Source of the DNA: Raillietiella orientalis
Taxonomy: Eukaryota
DNA: 64,000 nucleotides
Reading direction: 5' to 3'
Assembly (NCBI GenBank): GCA_036172245.1
Contig: JAYWIR010000023.1
Location: 1,798,001-1,862,000 of the forward strand
Below are positions 53,117-64,000 of the stretch, in pieces (position 1 is the stretch's first letter; each line of letters opens with the position of its first letter). The position numbers and the translations under genes are program-made. The notes beneath the pieces were generated by a model, which ran no database searches, was not told the DNA's origin, and was given only the letters and a program-made list of their open reading frames with translations.

Positions 53117-54954
53117 AACCAGTGCCGCACCCGAATGCAGGTCAACCGGCGCTATTTTGCATAGGGGACTCGAACGCACGACGCACCTTTTTCTCTGGCG
53201 TGGATACTTCCTCTGGTGGGATTCGAACGGTGGAGCTTGGTGCCACCACGCGCGGAGACCGCAGCAGCCAAACGCGGCTGCCAACGCGGGCCATGTGGCT
53301 ACGATATGTTCATTTTGGGAGGAAGAGAGAAGGAAAAAACAAACAATGACACTGCGGGGACGAGGGGGGCGGGGGGCACGGGACCATGAAGAGACTGCCA
53401 CCTTGCCCGTAAAGGGGTTCCGGTTGGGGGGTGAAGCAGAGACACCGAAGGCGGAGACGAGTGTAGGGAGGTCAGTCAGGAAAATAAAGAAATAAACAAA
53501 CAGCTGAAAAAGAAGAAGAAGCAAAACAGACAGTTTTTATTTGCACAATAAAAGGAAAAGGAAGAAACGTCATCAAGGACTTTGCGAGTTGGGCATTAGC
53601 AGCCTTTCGGCATTCTGCACAACGAAAAGGGAGGGAGGAAGGGGATGGGAGAAGAGAGAGATAGAGAGAAAGAAACTAAAGGAGCACGAAGATAGGAGGT
53701 GCTCTGCCGGAGAACGAAGGGTGGCAACCATACCTACCCTATTTTCTGAGCTCCCTCTTCAGACTTCCCTCCGGCTTCGCTTCCCGATCGGCAAGGCTTC
53801 CTCCACGCGAAGGGAGAAACTTGTCCGGGCAGGGGAAAGAGCGATGGTTGCCCGAGACCTTCGCTGGGAGGCAGTCAAGTCTCAGATCACGCGTGTGTGT
53901 GCGCCACCGTTCACGAGGACGCCAGGAGGAGGAAAGGTACGAAAGGGCCATCGGATGCTCGTGCAAGGACGCGGGTAAAGCGTCTCTGGGGCAAAAGCAT
54001 CTCCGAGACCGGAGAGCGAAGCATCCCGGAGTCCGTAAGCGGAGGAAAGACCGCACCCGCGCGCCGAAGCGACGTGTTCTCTCAGGAAGGTCCGAAGACT
54101 CGTGGGACGGCGCGAGGACAGGCACATGAGAACGCAACCCGGGGGCCACAGCTTGCATCCCGAGGGCAACCTCCACTAGCCCAAGCTTGGCGCAGGAGAC
54201 TGCGTCTCGTCACGTGGGCAGCCCCCAATCAAAACGCGTGCGTATCCTTCCAGAGGCAAAGTTCCCATGCGCGCAGGTTTCCCACTCAATTGTGGCCAGA
54301 GCATTCATTACAAAAAATACATCCTTGTGTATTTTTTGCCACCCGCCTCGAACCTGCTGAAGACCGGTACGGTGAGGTCCGCTTCGTCAGCGTGGGAGAA
54401 GAAGGGAAAACCAAAAACAAAAAGGGGAGGTATTCACTTGGCAAGGGATGAGAAGGAGGTGGTGGGGAACCGAGGAAGGGATCTCTGCCCGCTGCGAGGC
54501 ATTTTCTACATCCCTTGTCCAAGATGCTGACAAGTTCCTTGCCATGTGTGGCCCAGGTGGGGTCACCTCGAGGAGGTCTTCAGGAAGATCCACGCCCAGT
54601 GGATGGCTTCCCTGTCACTTCGGCCTCTTCCTGAGTTTTAGGCCGCCAATATCTCGCGAAGACAGAAGAGAACTGAGAGGGATGCGGCCACCGGGCAGTG
54701 CGGCACGCACGGAAAGGCGTCCCTGGGGCCGCCTGCCCGGATTCCAAGGGTCGTCTCTAGGCGATCCCGGAATCTAGGCACGAGGGTACTATGAAGAAGA
54801 GGGGCGTTTTCCGGATGCTCGATCTCTGGACGCACGCGCCTCAGTTCGGATCTCCGATTTCGTTCCAAACTCCTCTAAGCATGTAATCTCTGCTTCTTCG
54901 AGTCAGATGGCGTCTCCTAGGTGCTCCTCCCCCTGCTCGGGAATCTTCGAAAAA

Positions 54955-55648
54955 TATGGGCTGTCACCTTCACTTCCAAGAGGGTCACAGCCACAGGGTG
55001 CACACCCCCAGCACATTGAACCCATGATTATTAGCCTCACAGGCATCACGCTTGTCACCAGTGACAACAGGTTTGCAGCGACAGCGGCCTCCATCATCAC
55101 CCTGCAGGTGCTCTAAGCCGACAGGATCACAGCTGCAGGGTGGGTATTAACCATCACTGCGCCGAAAGTCCTGCTTGCAGAGCTTACAATGAGGGCCATC
55201 TGTGCTGCCAGCGCAGTCAATGCAGCGACCACCGCGGCCTGTCTTCCCATAGAGATCTCTCATAGAGACTTTTCCATCTTCGATCCCATAGAGAGCGAAG
55301 AAGCGCGCTGGGCACGGCAGCTGCAGTTGCATGCTGAACATTCTTGGGCATCCGTGGCAGTGGACCCGCTCCAGAGGAGATCACTGTGCAGGGGCGGGCA
55401 CTCGTTGAATTCGTGGCCCGCAGTGCTGTGCTCGCAGATGCACTCAGGCGAGGAGCTGTCGTCAAAGGTGGGAGACCTTGACCTATGACTCGGAGGTGCG
55501 GCCATTGGCCTCGCACCTTCCTTCTGCAGCGGACTCGCCGACAGCGCAGAAGTAGGATTTGAGCGCTTTGTCGTCTCTGAATGGTTCATCGCCAAAGTGC
55601 TCCAGCACGATTCGGATGCGGGTCGCGGTCGCTCATTCCTGGAGCTCT
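54955..55648 (-). pseudogene. Laminin gamma-1 (LanB2/LAMC1-like) gene fragment: end of the LN domain plus laminin-EGF repeats 1-3/4; intronless, with stops and frameshifts
   Basis: Minus strand, across frames: ELQE*ATATRIRIVL; FGDEPFRDDKALKSYFCAVGESAAEGRCEANGRTSE; CICEHSTAGHEFNECPPLHSDLLWSGSTATDAQECSACNC; LYGKTGRGGRCIDCAGSTDGPHCKLCKQDF; CSCDPVG...GRCRCKPVVTGDKRDACEAN; GCAPCGCDPLGS. These are collinear with laminin gamma-1 'LQEWVTATDIR...[36 protein letters not shown]...LY..TGHGGHC'. Confidence 0.85.
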
Positions 55649-56299
55649 TTTCTATTTATTCATTGTCCCCTCCCTCCGTTTCTATTTTTTGGAAGCCAGA
55701 CGGTGTGCCGGTGGTTATCCCGATGGACTCTTTTTTTTTGGAGGGGGCATTTCTTGTGTCTCGAGAAGAGACCCTTCTACCCCTCTAACCTGTAATTTAT
55801 TTTTTTAAAATAAACGTACCTGCGTAACCGGGTTCGCTCGGCAAACCGGTCGAAGCAACGACTCCCCCACGGAGCATCTCCCGAACGCACAAACCTCAAG
55901 CGCCCATGCCATCGCGCCCAAGTGGGCACTCTAGCAAGGAGGAGGCACGCGTGATGGCAGGAGGGCACGGGAGAAGAACGGAGGAATCCGTCGATTCAGT
56001 TTGCGACTCCCTGAGTAGGCTGGCACCGTCCAGCACTTCCCCCTGGCACGCTTGAGTCTCTTCGTAGGGCCCAAATCGCAGCGATCTGGCGATCTGCTTC
56101 TGCAGAGTCAAGTTCCAAGATGGTGGCATCCCGGTTCATGCTCTTCCTGCTTCCCACGTCCTTCCAGCTTTTTCTTTTTTTCCCACCCGATTCACTGAGA
56201 GCCGTTGCCCCGTCCCCGCCATGGAGATGTCGGAGACGGCTCGACAACGCGGCCACGTGGGGGCTCGCAAAAGTGTAGTCAGGCGTTGCCGTCACCGTG

Positions 56300-58772
56300 G
56301 TTTCGTGTGTTCTCTCCGTCCGATGCCAACTTGGATGAACTACGGTCGGGAGTGGGATCAAACAGGATCCGAAGGCACAAGGAGGAACATCGTCACTTAT
56401 TTAGCAAAGGATGTCCTCAGTTGATCCACGGACGGCGCGATTATCGTACTCTGCAAGTAACGCACCGCAATTCGTACTGTCCAAGCGTGTATCTTCGACT
56501 GCTTCCACGTGGTTCCAAGTCGTGGATCGCAGAGCTTTTTTTTTTTTTGCTTTTCTGGACCGAGGTTACGTTGCTCATCTCTTTCCCCTACATCGTCCTC
56601 TGCACCGATTCGTGGTTGCAGTGCGTCGTGGGTTAGAGTTCTTCCTGCGAGATGGCGCTGGCCGTCCTCCTCCATTCATTCGGGTACCGCACCGGTAGCT
56701 GTTTAAACAGGATGCCCCCGATGAGGGCCGGGAAAATGGGAATCGACCTTCGGATTCTTCCAGGAATCAAGGATTGGGGGGGGGGATTCCCCCTCCGGTT
56801 GTGCAAAGGAGTGGACCCCCTAGTGTGTCGTAGTGATGGAGTCGGTGTGTCGCGACCTCTCCAGAGAGTGCAAAGAAGCGAGCCGATCCCTTCTTGGAAG
56901 CTGCGCCCTTCCGGATTTCGGAAGCGCCCCTTCGGTGCTCCCTTCAGAGGAGGAGTAAAGAGGAGCGATTCCTTTCCCGGGGGACCAGTCCGGAGAAGAA
57001 ATTCCTACCAGAGGATCATGGGTGCGAACTGAGTCTCGCACTGATGCAGAATGCTCTTGCGCATCCATCCGTCGGCTCGAAATCCTTGGACGACTGCTTG
57101 TTCCCGATCATTTCCTGGGCCTCGAAGAGAATCGCGCGGTGTCCACCTTGCTTCCAGTTCACCCGCTCGCGGCTTCCCCCGTCCTAGAAATGGCTGTGAG
57201 ATGTTTCGGAGGTTTCGGGAGACTGAGGTTGCCTTAGAGTCTACAGAAACGCAAGTGGATCTCGATGCCGAGCTTGCGAGTTTTGATCCCAGCAACACTC
57301 TTGCATGCTGCACGAGCAGTGCTTTTTTTCCTTTCCTTTCTTTGCCACCGGTGTGTGCAGCAGCGTTCGTCTCGAGCATCACCTCTCAGCGTCTCAAGTC
57401 GGGAGCGCGGCCGCAAAGTCTTCTGCTCCACCAGCGACGACAGGATGATCTACGTAAGGCTGGTGGACTGGGCCTCCTTACTCTGGAGCGGATGGAGCCT
57501 CAGCTCCAATTCCAAAACTCGCACTGGCCAGCTTTGGACTTCGCCTTGGTGCACTTTGGCAAGAATCCTCGCCAAGCGAGCAACCGGCTGCGAGAGATTG
57601 ACTTCGGTCGTCGTGGCCACCAAGCGGAGTTTGAGCCATCCTGGCTCTCAACTTAAGCAAATGGAAGTCTTGGTACAACGAAATCCCTGGATCTCCATCC
57701 TCTCCACAAACTGGGCTACTTGGCTGCATGAGTTCCGTTTCCTCGTTGGGTAAAATCGACGGCACGAGCGAGGCAGAGCGCATCTGCCTACGCAACAACA
57801 GATACACTCGTCAGTCGTTGAGGGAGATCCTAGGTAACACAGGAATCTGCTTTGGGCGTCGCTCACCCCTCTTGCCCCAGTGCTCTACGGGAGGCAGGAG
57901 ACAGCGAGAGACCTTCCGGCAAGGTGGGAGGTGACGTATCGAAATATCGAAAATAGAAGAAAACATCTAAATGCGTGGACAACTAGGGAACTGAACGATT
58001 CTTCCACCCCGAATGTCCCTCTTAAAGGACTGCTACGCTGGGGAGGACTACTAGACATACCTCTGGGTGAGATACAGTGGCCCCTAGAGTGCTGGGACAG
58101 TGCAACCCTCCCCCAAAGTGGCAGAAGTCAGCGATCCTTCTGTTGCATTGGGGCCTCCCGTACAACGCCCGCCGACACTATTGGACCCGAGGGAGTGTAA
58201 GCCCCAACTGCAGCAGGTGTGGCGAAAGAGAGCCCCTCCTGAACCTGCTCGTGGGTTGTGTTGCCCTCCGCCCCCTGTGGGAACGCTTTGCCGCGTCCCT
58301 GCGGATCTTCGAGGGCAACGCCAGAGACCTGAAGCACCTCTTCCAGCGGGACGTCCTCACGTCGGCCGCATCCCCAGCAGCTGCCTACGCAGCGGAACCG
58401 TGGCTGCATGGAGCAACGCCAGGGGAGGCCACTACGACATGGCACCATCTATTTTGCCGTCCTCTTCATGAAGACTTGACTTCAAGATGGCCCTATTTGA
58501 GAACCTTAAAACAGGAACTTGCCGGCATCCTGAAGATGATGCGCTCCGGCACCCTGTGATCCCTTCCCGAACCCTCCCATATTTTGTATATATTTTTCTG
58601 TTTCATTTTTCCTTTTTGTTTTTGTTCTTTCCCCTTCCCCTCTGCTACAGAGACAAACCTGCGCCCCGGTTCCTTTTAGTATATTTACAACGTGGCAGGA
58701 CCAAGAGTCCTGCCACTGACTTGCATGTTTATTTTTTTATGTAGATAAAACGCCCCGGTGTAACCGGGTGTC
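56300..58772 (+). mobile_element. Decayed L1/Tx1-like ORF2 C-terminal half and 3'UTR
   Basis: Ends in LLLHWGLPYNARRHYW...CSRCGEREPLLNLLVGC (zinc-finger region)...WPYLRTLKQELAGILKMMR*, then a T-rich UTR and hairpins. Many frameshifts; the 5' boundary is approximate. Confidence 0.72.
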
Positions 58773-60445
58773 AAACCAGCGACGACAAGCAGAGAGGGCA
58801 CATGAACGTCGGAATGGTCGCAGGGTCGGTACAGGTCGATTAAAGCTGGGACCGGCTCTCTTGGATTTCTTTTCTCCCGTGTGGACTCCGGTTGGTCCAT
58901 CCCTCCGGCTCAGAAAGGGAAAAAGAACCCTTCCGTTTTTCGTCACGTTTTTGGAAACACGAATGGATCACATCGCATTGGGCCCACAAACACCTCCTAC
59001 CCCCATAAACACAAACTGGAGACGGACGACGAAATGCCTCGTGGCTGGACACGTGACGTCGAACGCCGTGCAGGCGACGTGGAGGCTTTTTCCGCGATCC
59101 AACTGGCAGTGGGGAGCTCATTGAATGCCAACACCTATAACGTATGCATGTAGGCGATGAGGAAACCATCTTGAAAGCGGAGCCTTGCACGCAGAGAAGT
59201 TCTTTACCCGCATGAGTCACACGCTTTCTTTCCTCTTGACCTCCCTAGTTTACAGGTCGGATCCCGAGCGAACGCCCGAGCCTTCCCCAGCATGCGATGA
59301 TGGACCCCTTCGTGAGTCCTGCTTCCCTCACGGGTGGATTCTCGAGGGTGTTTCAGTGGCTGAGGTGTTTCCTTCTCTTTGAGGCTTCGTCTTCTTTATA
59401 AGAGCACCTTCTCATAAAGAAGGCGATGGACATCGGCGGTCATGCTAGGGACCTTCCTTTTCCCGCCGAAAAGTCCGCTCAGTATCTCTGCACGGGAACA
59501 GAAATCCCTCCGAGGCATCCGGCTAGCCTGCCTCGGCGCGTCCCAGTCTCGGATTCGTGCTCGGCGGATACGGACTCCCATGCAGAGTCGGGTCATGCGG
59601 TGGAAGGGGATGCGTTCCTCTTTCCTCCTCACGACTCGCGGAAGCTGCCGTGAGGGTGCGCCATCCAACGGCGAGGATCTCACACCACGCGGAGGGCCCC
59701 ACGACGGAACGCCCCGGATTTCGGGCGGCAGGTTCGACTTCCAGTGCTGTTCCAATAGCTTCGCGATTTGCATGAGCACCGTCTCGCATACGCGAGCGGT
59801 CCAGCCCCTAACCGGTCACTCTTGTCTGCGTGCATTCTTTGATATCCTCGTTTGTTACAAGGGATCCTTGCACAGCTGGCGCGTTTCCGTGTGCCTCACA
59901 TGCCTTTGGGGCAGTCGCGTGACGTTGCAAGCTGCCCACGCTGCCATCTCAGCTCTTCTTCGCATGCACGCTTTTTTTTTTTCGTGTTCCAAGAAACATG
60001 AAAGAACCCGAATCATGGCCTATCGTGGCTCACGGCTAAGACAAATGGCATCACCGAAGCAGTGGTAGCAGGGCCATCAGCCTCACGGTTCACTGATTGC
60101 ATCTGCTTTGGCTTTTTATGCAATATTTGTACTCTCTGCACCTAAGGGTGCGAAGTTCACACATGCTTCAATTTATGGATGCCATCCACGTGCCTCATAT
60201 TAATAATAACATACTCTATAATGCAGCAATGGCTGATGAGACCATCTGTCTTTGTGAGAGTTGCTGAAATTTAAAGACCGTGAAAGAACAACGACAGTGA
60301 ATCACAGTTCATTCGTTTTGTTTTTTTTACATGAGAGCTCACTTTGGAAGCGGATGTGAACTCACATCAATGGTAGTGACAGCAGAGGATGCATCCCAGT
60401 GACGGCGTTGGCAAGTGTGGCCTCTCCCGATCCGGGCCATGTATA

Positions 60446-61591
60446 TGTTACGGTTCAATAATAATAAATCCGGTTAGTATTAATAATTTACCAGCTACTA
60501 TTAATAATAACTAAATAAAAAGGTCGAAATGAATCATAACACATAATAATTACATTTACCGGTAAATATTAATGATTACCAGTGAAACCTAGTAAATTTA
60601 ATAAAAACATGTTTTATAATATTTCTTATTAAAACACACATGCATTATTTATTACACAGACAAGTTCTTGACAAATCCAAGAAAAAGAAAAAACAGCCTT
60701 GTGAGAAAAATTATACAAAATTGTGAGAAAATTATACAAATTAGTTAAAATATTGATTTTCATAAAGGTAGGAGAGGAATGGCATTAATAAGAGAAGAAT
60801 TTCACGTTATTGTAAACAAACTATTTATTTTTGCAGGAAGAGCTTTTGTGGCATTTGGAATCACAAAGGATTTTCGACTTTTTACGTTGGCAGCGATTTG
60901 AGCTCCAATCGCCTGTACAATCGCAATGTTGGTATCCCTGACCACCTAAATTGGAATTCTCTCGAGAACATTCTCTTAGAGTTATTGCAATATCTGGATC
61001 TTTATGAACTGAAGCAAAAGTCTCCTTGCAGACGGTAAATTCAGTCCTTGTACAGAGCTGGTTTAAAATGCCATGTTTTGTACCGAATTCATACAAGTTT
61101 TCCATTTTCAGTAGAAATTGCAACAGCCATAATATTCCCGGTTATCTGCTTTAGCCCCCTATCTGAACCTGGACTCCCTATCCGGACGCTTTCTCCTACA
61201 TCCGCCATTGGACATTTAGTCTTCGGAAGCCGTCACATTTTTTCAGCTTCCCTTCTCAGTGGCTGCTCAGCAGAGTTTCGAGCTTCTTGAATCGTTTCAG
61301 AGATTCCACGAGTGCAAAAGAAGAAGTATCTTCCTTGCTTTTTTCACGATTTTCCAATTCAACAGTTGGCAATATCTTTTACTCTGTTATCTTTCTTATC
61401 GACCTTTTCTGTTTCAGAAGGTTCGTCTTTTGATTCTAAATTATTACACTTACCACTGACTGTTGTGAATTATTAATAATTACCGATTAATGCGGTAAAT
61501 TCTTATGAATTATTCACTTTGGCCTCTTTATTTGGTTATTATTAATGATAGCTGGTAATTATTAACCCCATTCATCACTTGAACCGCAGCA
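60446..61591 (-). mobile_element. Ginger-like (Ginger2/Tdd, KRBA2/SCAND3-type integrase family) internally deleted DNA transposon with ~90-bp imperfect TIRs and TATA TSD
   Basis: The left end TGTTACGGTTCAA...ttaataatttaccagctactattaataataactaaataaaaagg matches the reverse complement of the right end, TGCTGCGGTTCAA...ttaataattaccagctatcattaataataaccaaataaagagg. TATA flanks both ends (60442-45, 61592-95). The minus strand retains the Cys-rich C-terminus GTKHGILNQLCTRTEF...GGQGYQHCDC...NRC..KKSKILCDSKCH.SSSCKNK*. Confidence 0.85.
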
Positions 61592-61699
61592 TATATTTGG
61601 ATGAGTAAGAAGAAGAAGAAGAAGAAAAGTACGGAAAAGTCACCCGCATTCATGAAGGACGCAAATAGGCGATGTCACAGCAGCTGGCAGGACTCTCAG

Positions 61700-62800
61700 G
61701 AGGGATGCTCCTGCAATGATCAGGAAGGATGTTATCAAAGGCAGCGGTTTTCGTTTGGCTTCTTTGTCGCCCATGTTTGCTGCTGGTAACTGAAGAGATC
61801 GGGTTTACACGGCGCTGGTGTGTTCTGGACGAGGGTCACACAACTGGAGAACGGCCTTTTATTTCAAAAATTACGGATAGAGAATTCATCAGCAAGCACG
61901 TTAAGGATACTAAGCATTAAGGATGCTGTTGAGGTCGCTGATTAAGGCTGCTTCTACATTTCAGAGCTCGGATGGAGCTGATAATTACATCGTATGTGTG
62001 TTCTACGTTACGTAATCAATGGAGCTTTGGGGTAAAGGAAAAACATTGCGCAAAACGGTTTCTTGTGATGTCTCGCTTCCGGGAAATCAGGGAAACACCC
62101 GAGTTTTCAATATTTCGAGATGAAGTGTTCATCAGAGGAAAGCGCGGAGCATTTTCTATCGATGGTTTCATCTTTTTGCTCATCCGATTGCCGCATATGT
62201 TGCAGCATGTCTGGTGAGAGACAGCACGGCGTGCACAATTTATCACACACCTCCGAAAAGGATGCATGCGCTTCGTTGCGATGGAGCAAGATGAGAGTCG
62301 AGGGAGGGATGAGACTACCAGCAGCAAACAACGTGCAGGTATCGAACGGGAAGCAGCTTTCGCAGTTCCGCATGCGTTTGCCTATCTTGGAATCAGATCT
62401 AATTTAATTGATGGGTGGATGTTCGAAGTAGTGTTCACCTAAAAAGGTCTCCCTTCCCAGATAAGAGAATTTCCATTCAAAGATGAAGAAGTGCTATGCT
62501 GGGATTAGCGTTAATTTCACTACTCACAGGCTGAGGAATCGAAGTGTCATTGCATGCAGTTTGCGTTGAAATACATCCTTATGTGATATGCATCTAGCGT
62601 TCATTACAGCTCATTTGATTATATAACGCGCAGGTCCAAAAGGACGAACGGTACCATCATCGTCCCAAGTAACATGATGGGCATTTTGTATTGGGATGAA
62701 GACTGCATATGCATTGCAATAGTAATCGAATTGAGTTGTATTAATAACGATCGCTTCCTCGCTTTTGTATTTTGTAAGTGCTGATGAAGATTTGAACAGA
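61700..62800 (+). mobile_element. Possible decayed hAT (ZMYM1-like, TTF zinc finger) remnant
   Basis: CYQR...WLLCRPCLLL and KHVKDTKH resemble TTF-type zinc-finger motifs; LESDLI resembles IQNDLI. A CAGTGACGGC hAT-like end lies near 60397, upstream of the Ginger insertion. Very degraded. Confidence 0.3.
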
Positions 62801-64000
62801 AAACAGATAGATGGTTGTAAGAATATAACAAGTACGAACGAATCGAAAAATCTGCAAGTTTGGATTGGTGCTCTGGCTTTCTTCCCTACAGTCAGTGTTT
62901 TTTCTTGTTTTCGTTTTATATGAATGGGCTGTCGGTAAGATTAGTTCATATCCAAGGGTTCCCAATGAAAGAGAGTTTCTCAAAGTGAAAGCTGGGGAGG
63001 GAGGGAGGAGTTCGGGAAGTTCTCCTTCACCCGGGAAGTTCGAAAAGCAGTTGTCGCGACAACCACTCCAAAGAAAAGTCCATGCTTGAAAGGATTTTTT
63101 CCATTTTTTTTTTTAAAAACAGCAGTCACCGATAAATCTGCGTTGAATATGGACTTTCAAAATCAGACAGCAAGAAAAAGTTGCTCTTGGGCCGCGCTGC
63201 TGCACGTGGGAAACGAGGAGCGGCCGCTTTGTACGGAGTCTTCTTCTTAATGACATACAAACTAACCAAAAGAGAATCGTGATGGCATGAACTTTCAAGG
63301 TCAGTTTTGTAGTGTGTTACTCTGAAAGAAACGGCTCGCCCCTGAACAGGTGAGATTGCCAGTACGGAATCTGTTTCCATTCTCCATGTTTCGTTTCGTT
63401 CTTTCCATCAGTATTGTACATTCAGATATTCAGTCTTTTAATCCAAGTTCGGTAAATGCTTGTACTAAAAGTAATGTTTGACCAGAGTGAGGCAAAGTAA
63501 ATGTTAAATGGGGATGAGGGCAGTGATCAGATACTGCATAGCCATCTTGGCTGATTGGCTGATTTTTCACCAAAATAAATGTGCACCTTTCAGATATGTT
63601 ATTATGAAACGAAAATGGAATATCGATGATTTTTCTGATCCATGGTTTCAAAGGCAACATTCCTATTACCTTTAGGAATCATCAAAATATTTCCAGGGAA
63701 TCGTTGAGATGCTACACGCAGACATATCACGGATCATCATGTTGAAAATGGGGCACCAGACCAAAAACCTGTGTGTATCTCCGCTTTAGAAAGTTGAAAT
63801 CAAAGGGGAGAACAGCTTTGTCATGCCGAAAATGCAGGCATACTCCTTTCTATCGAGCCATCTCTACACATCATGTTTGGATAGAAAGTGATCAGTGTCT
63901 TATAGACATCGCAGCAAAGTGTTCCGAGAAACGTCCTTTTCAAGATGGAATCCCTAACTCAAACAAATTCCCGTACCAGTCAGGAAATGCAGGACACGGA

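Noticed and set aside
50800..60100. Dozens of overlapping 60-200-aa ORFs as novel genes
   Set aside because: Expected from stop-codon scarcity in GC-rich decayed retroelement DNA. There are no coherent domains beyond the LINE and laminin fragments reported.

Overview
Eukaryotic (metazoan, probably arthropod) genomic DNA; no prokaryotic features or CRISPR arrays were seen. Bases 1-48 kb are AT-rich and gene-dense. They hold a possible DEF8-like exon at the left edge (-), an intronless hexokinase (+), a complete multi-exon HUWE1 HECT E3 ligase (+), SAP130 (-), RPL29 (+) and mLST8 (+), separated by decayed DNA transposons (piggyBac-like, ISL2EU-like). Most introns are only about 39-58 nt, several with AAG or GAG acceptors, and mLST8 intron 1 has a U12-type signature. 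At about 48.6-60.4 kb the sequence becomes an abruptly GC-rich island of decayed L1/Tx1-like retrotransposons. One copy is bracketed by a 17-bp direct repeat, four copies end in an A-rich signal plus hairpin with no poly(A) tail, and an intronless laminin gamma-1 pseudogene fragment lies among them. A TIR- and TSD-bounded Ginger-like DNA transposon derivative follows. Homology calls come from my recall of family motifs, not from database searches.
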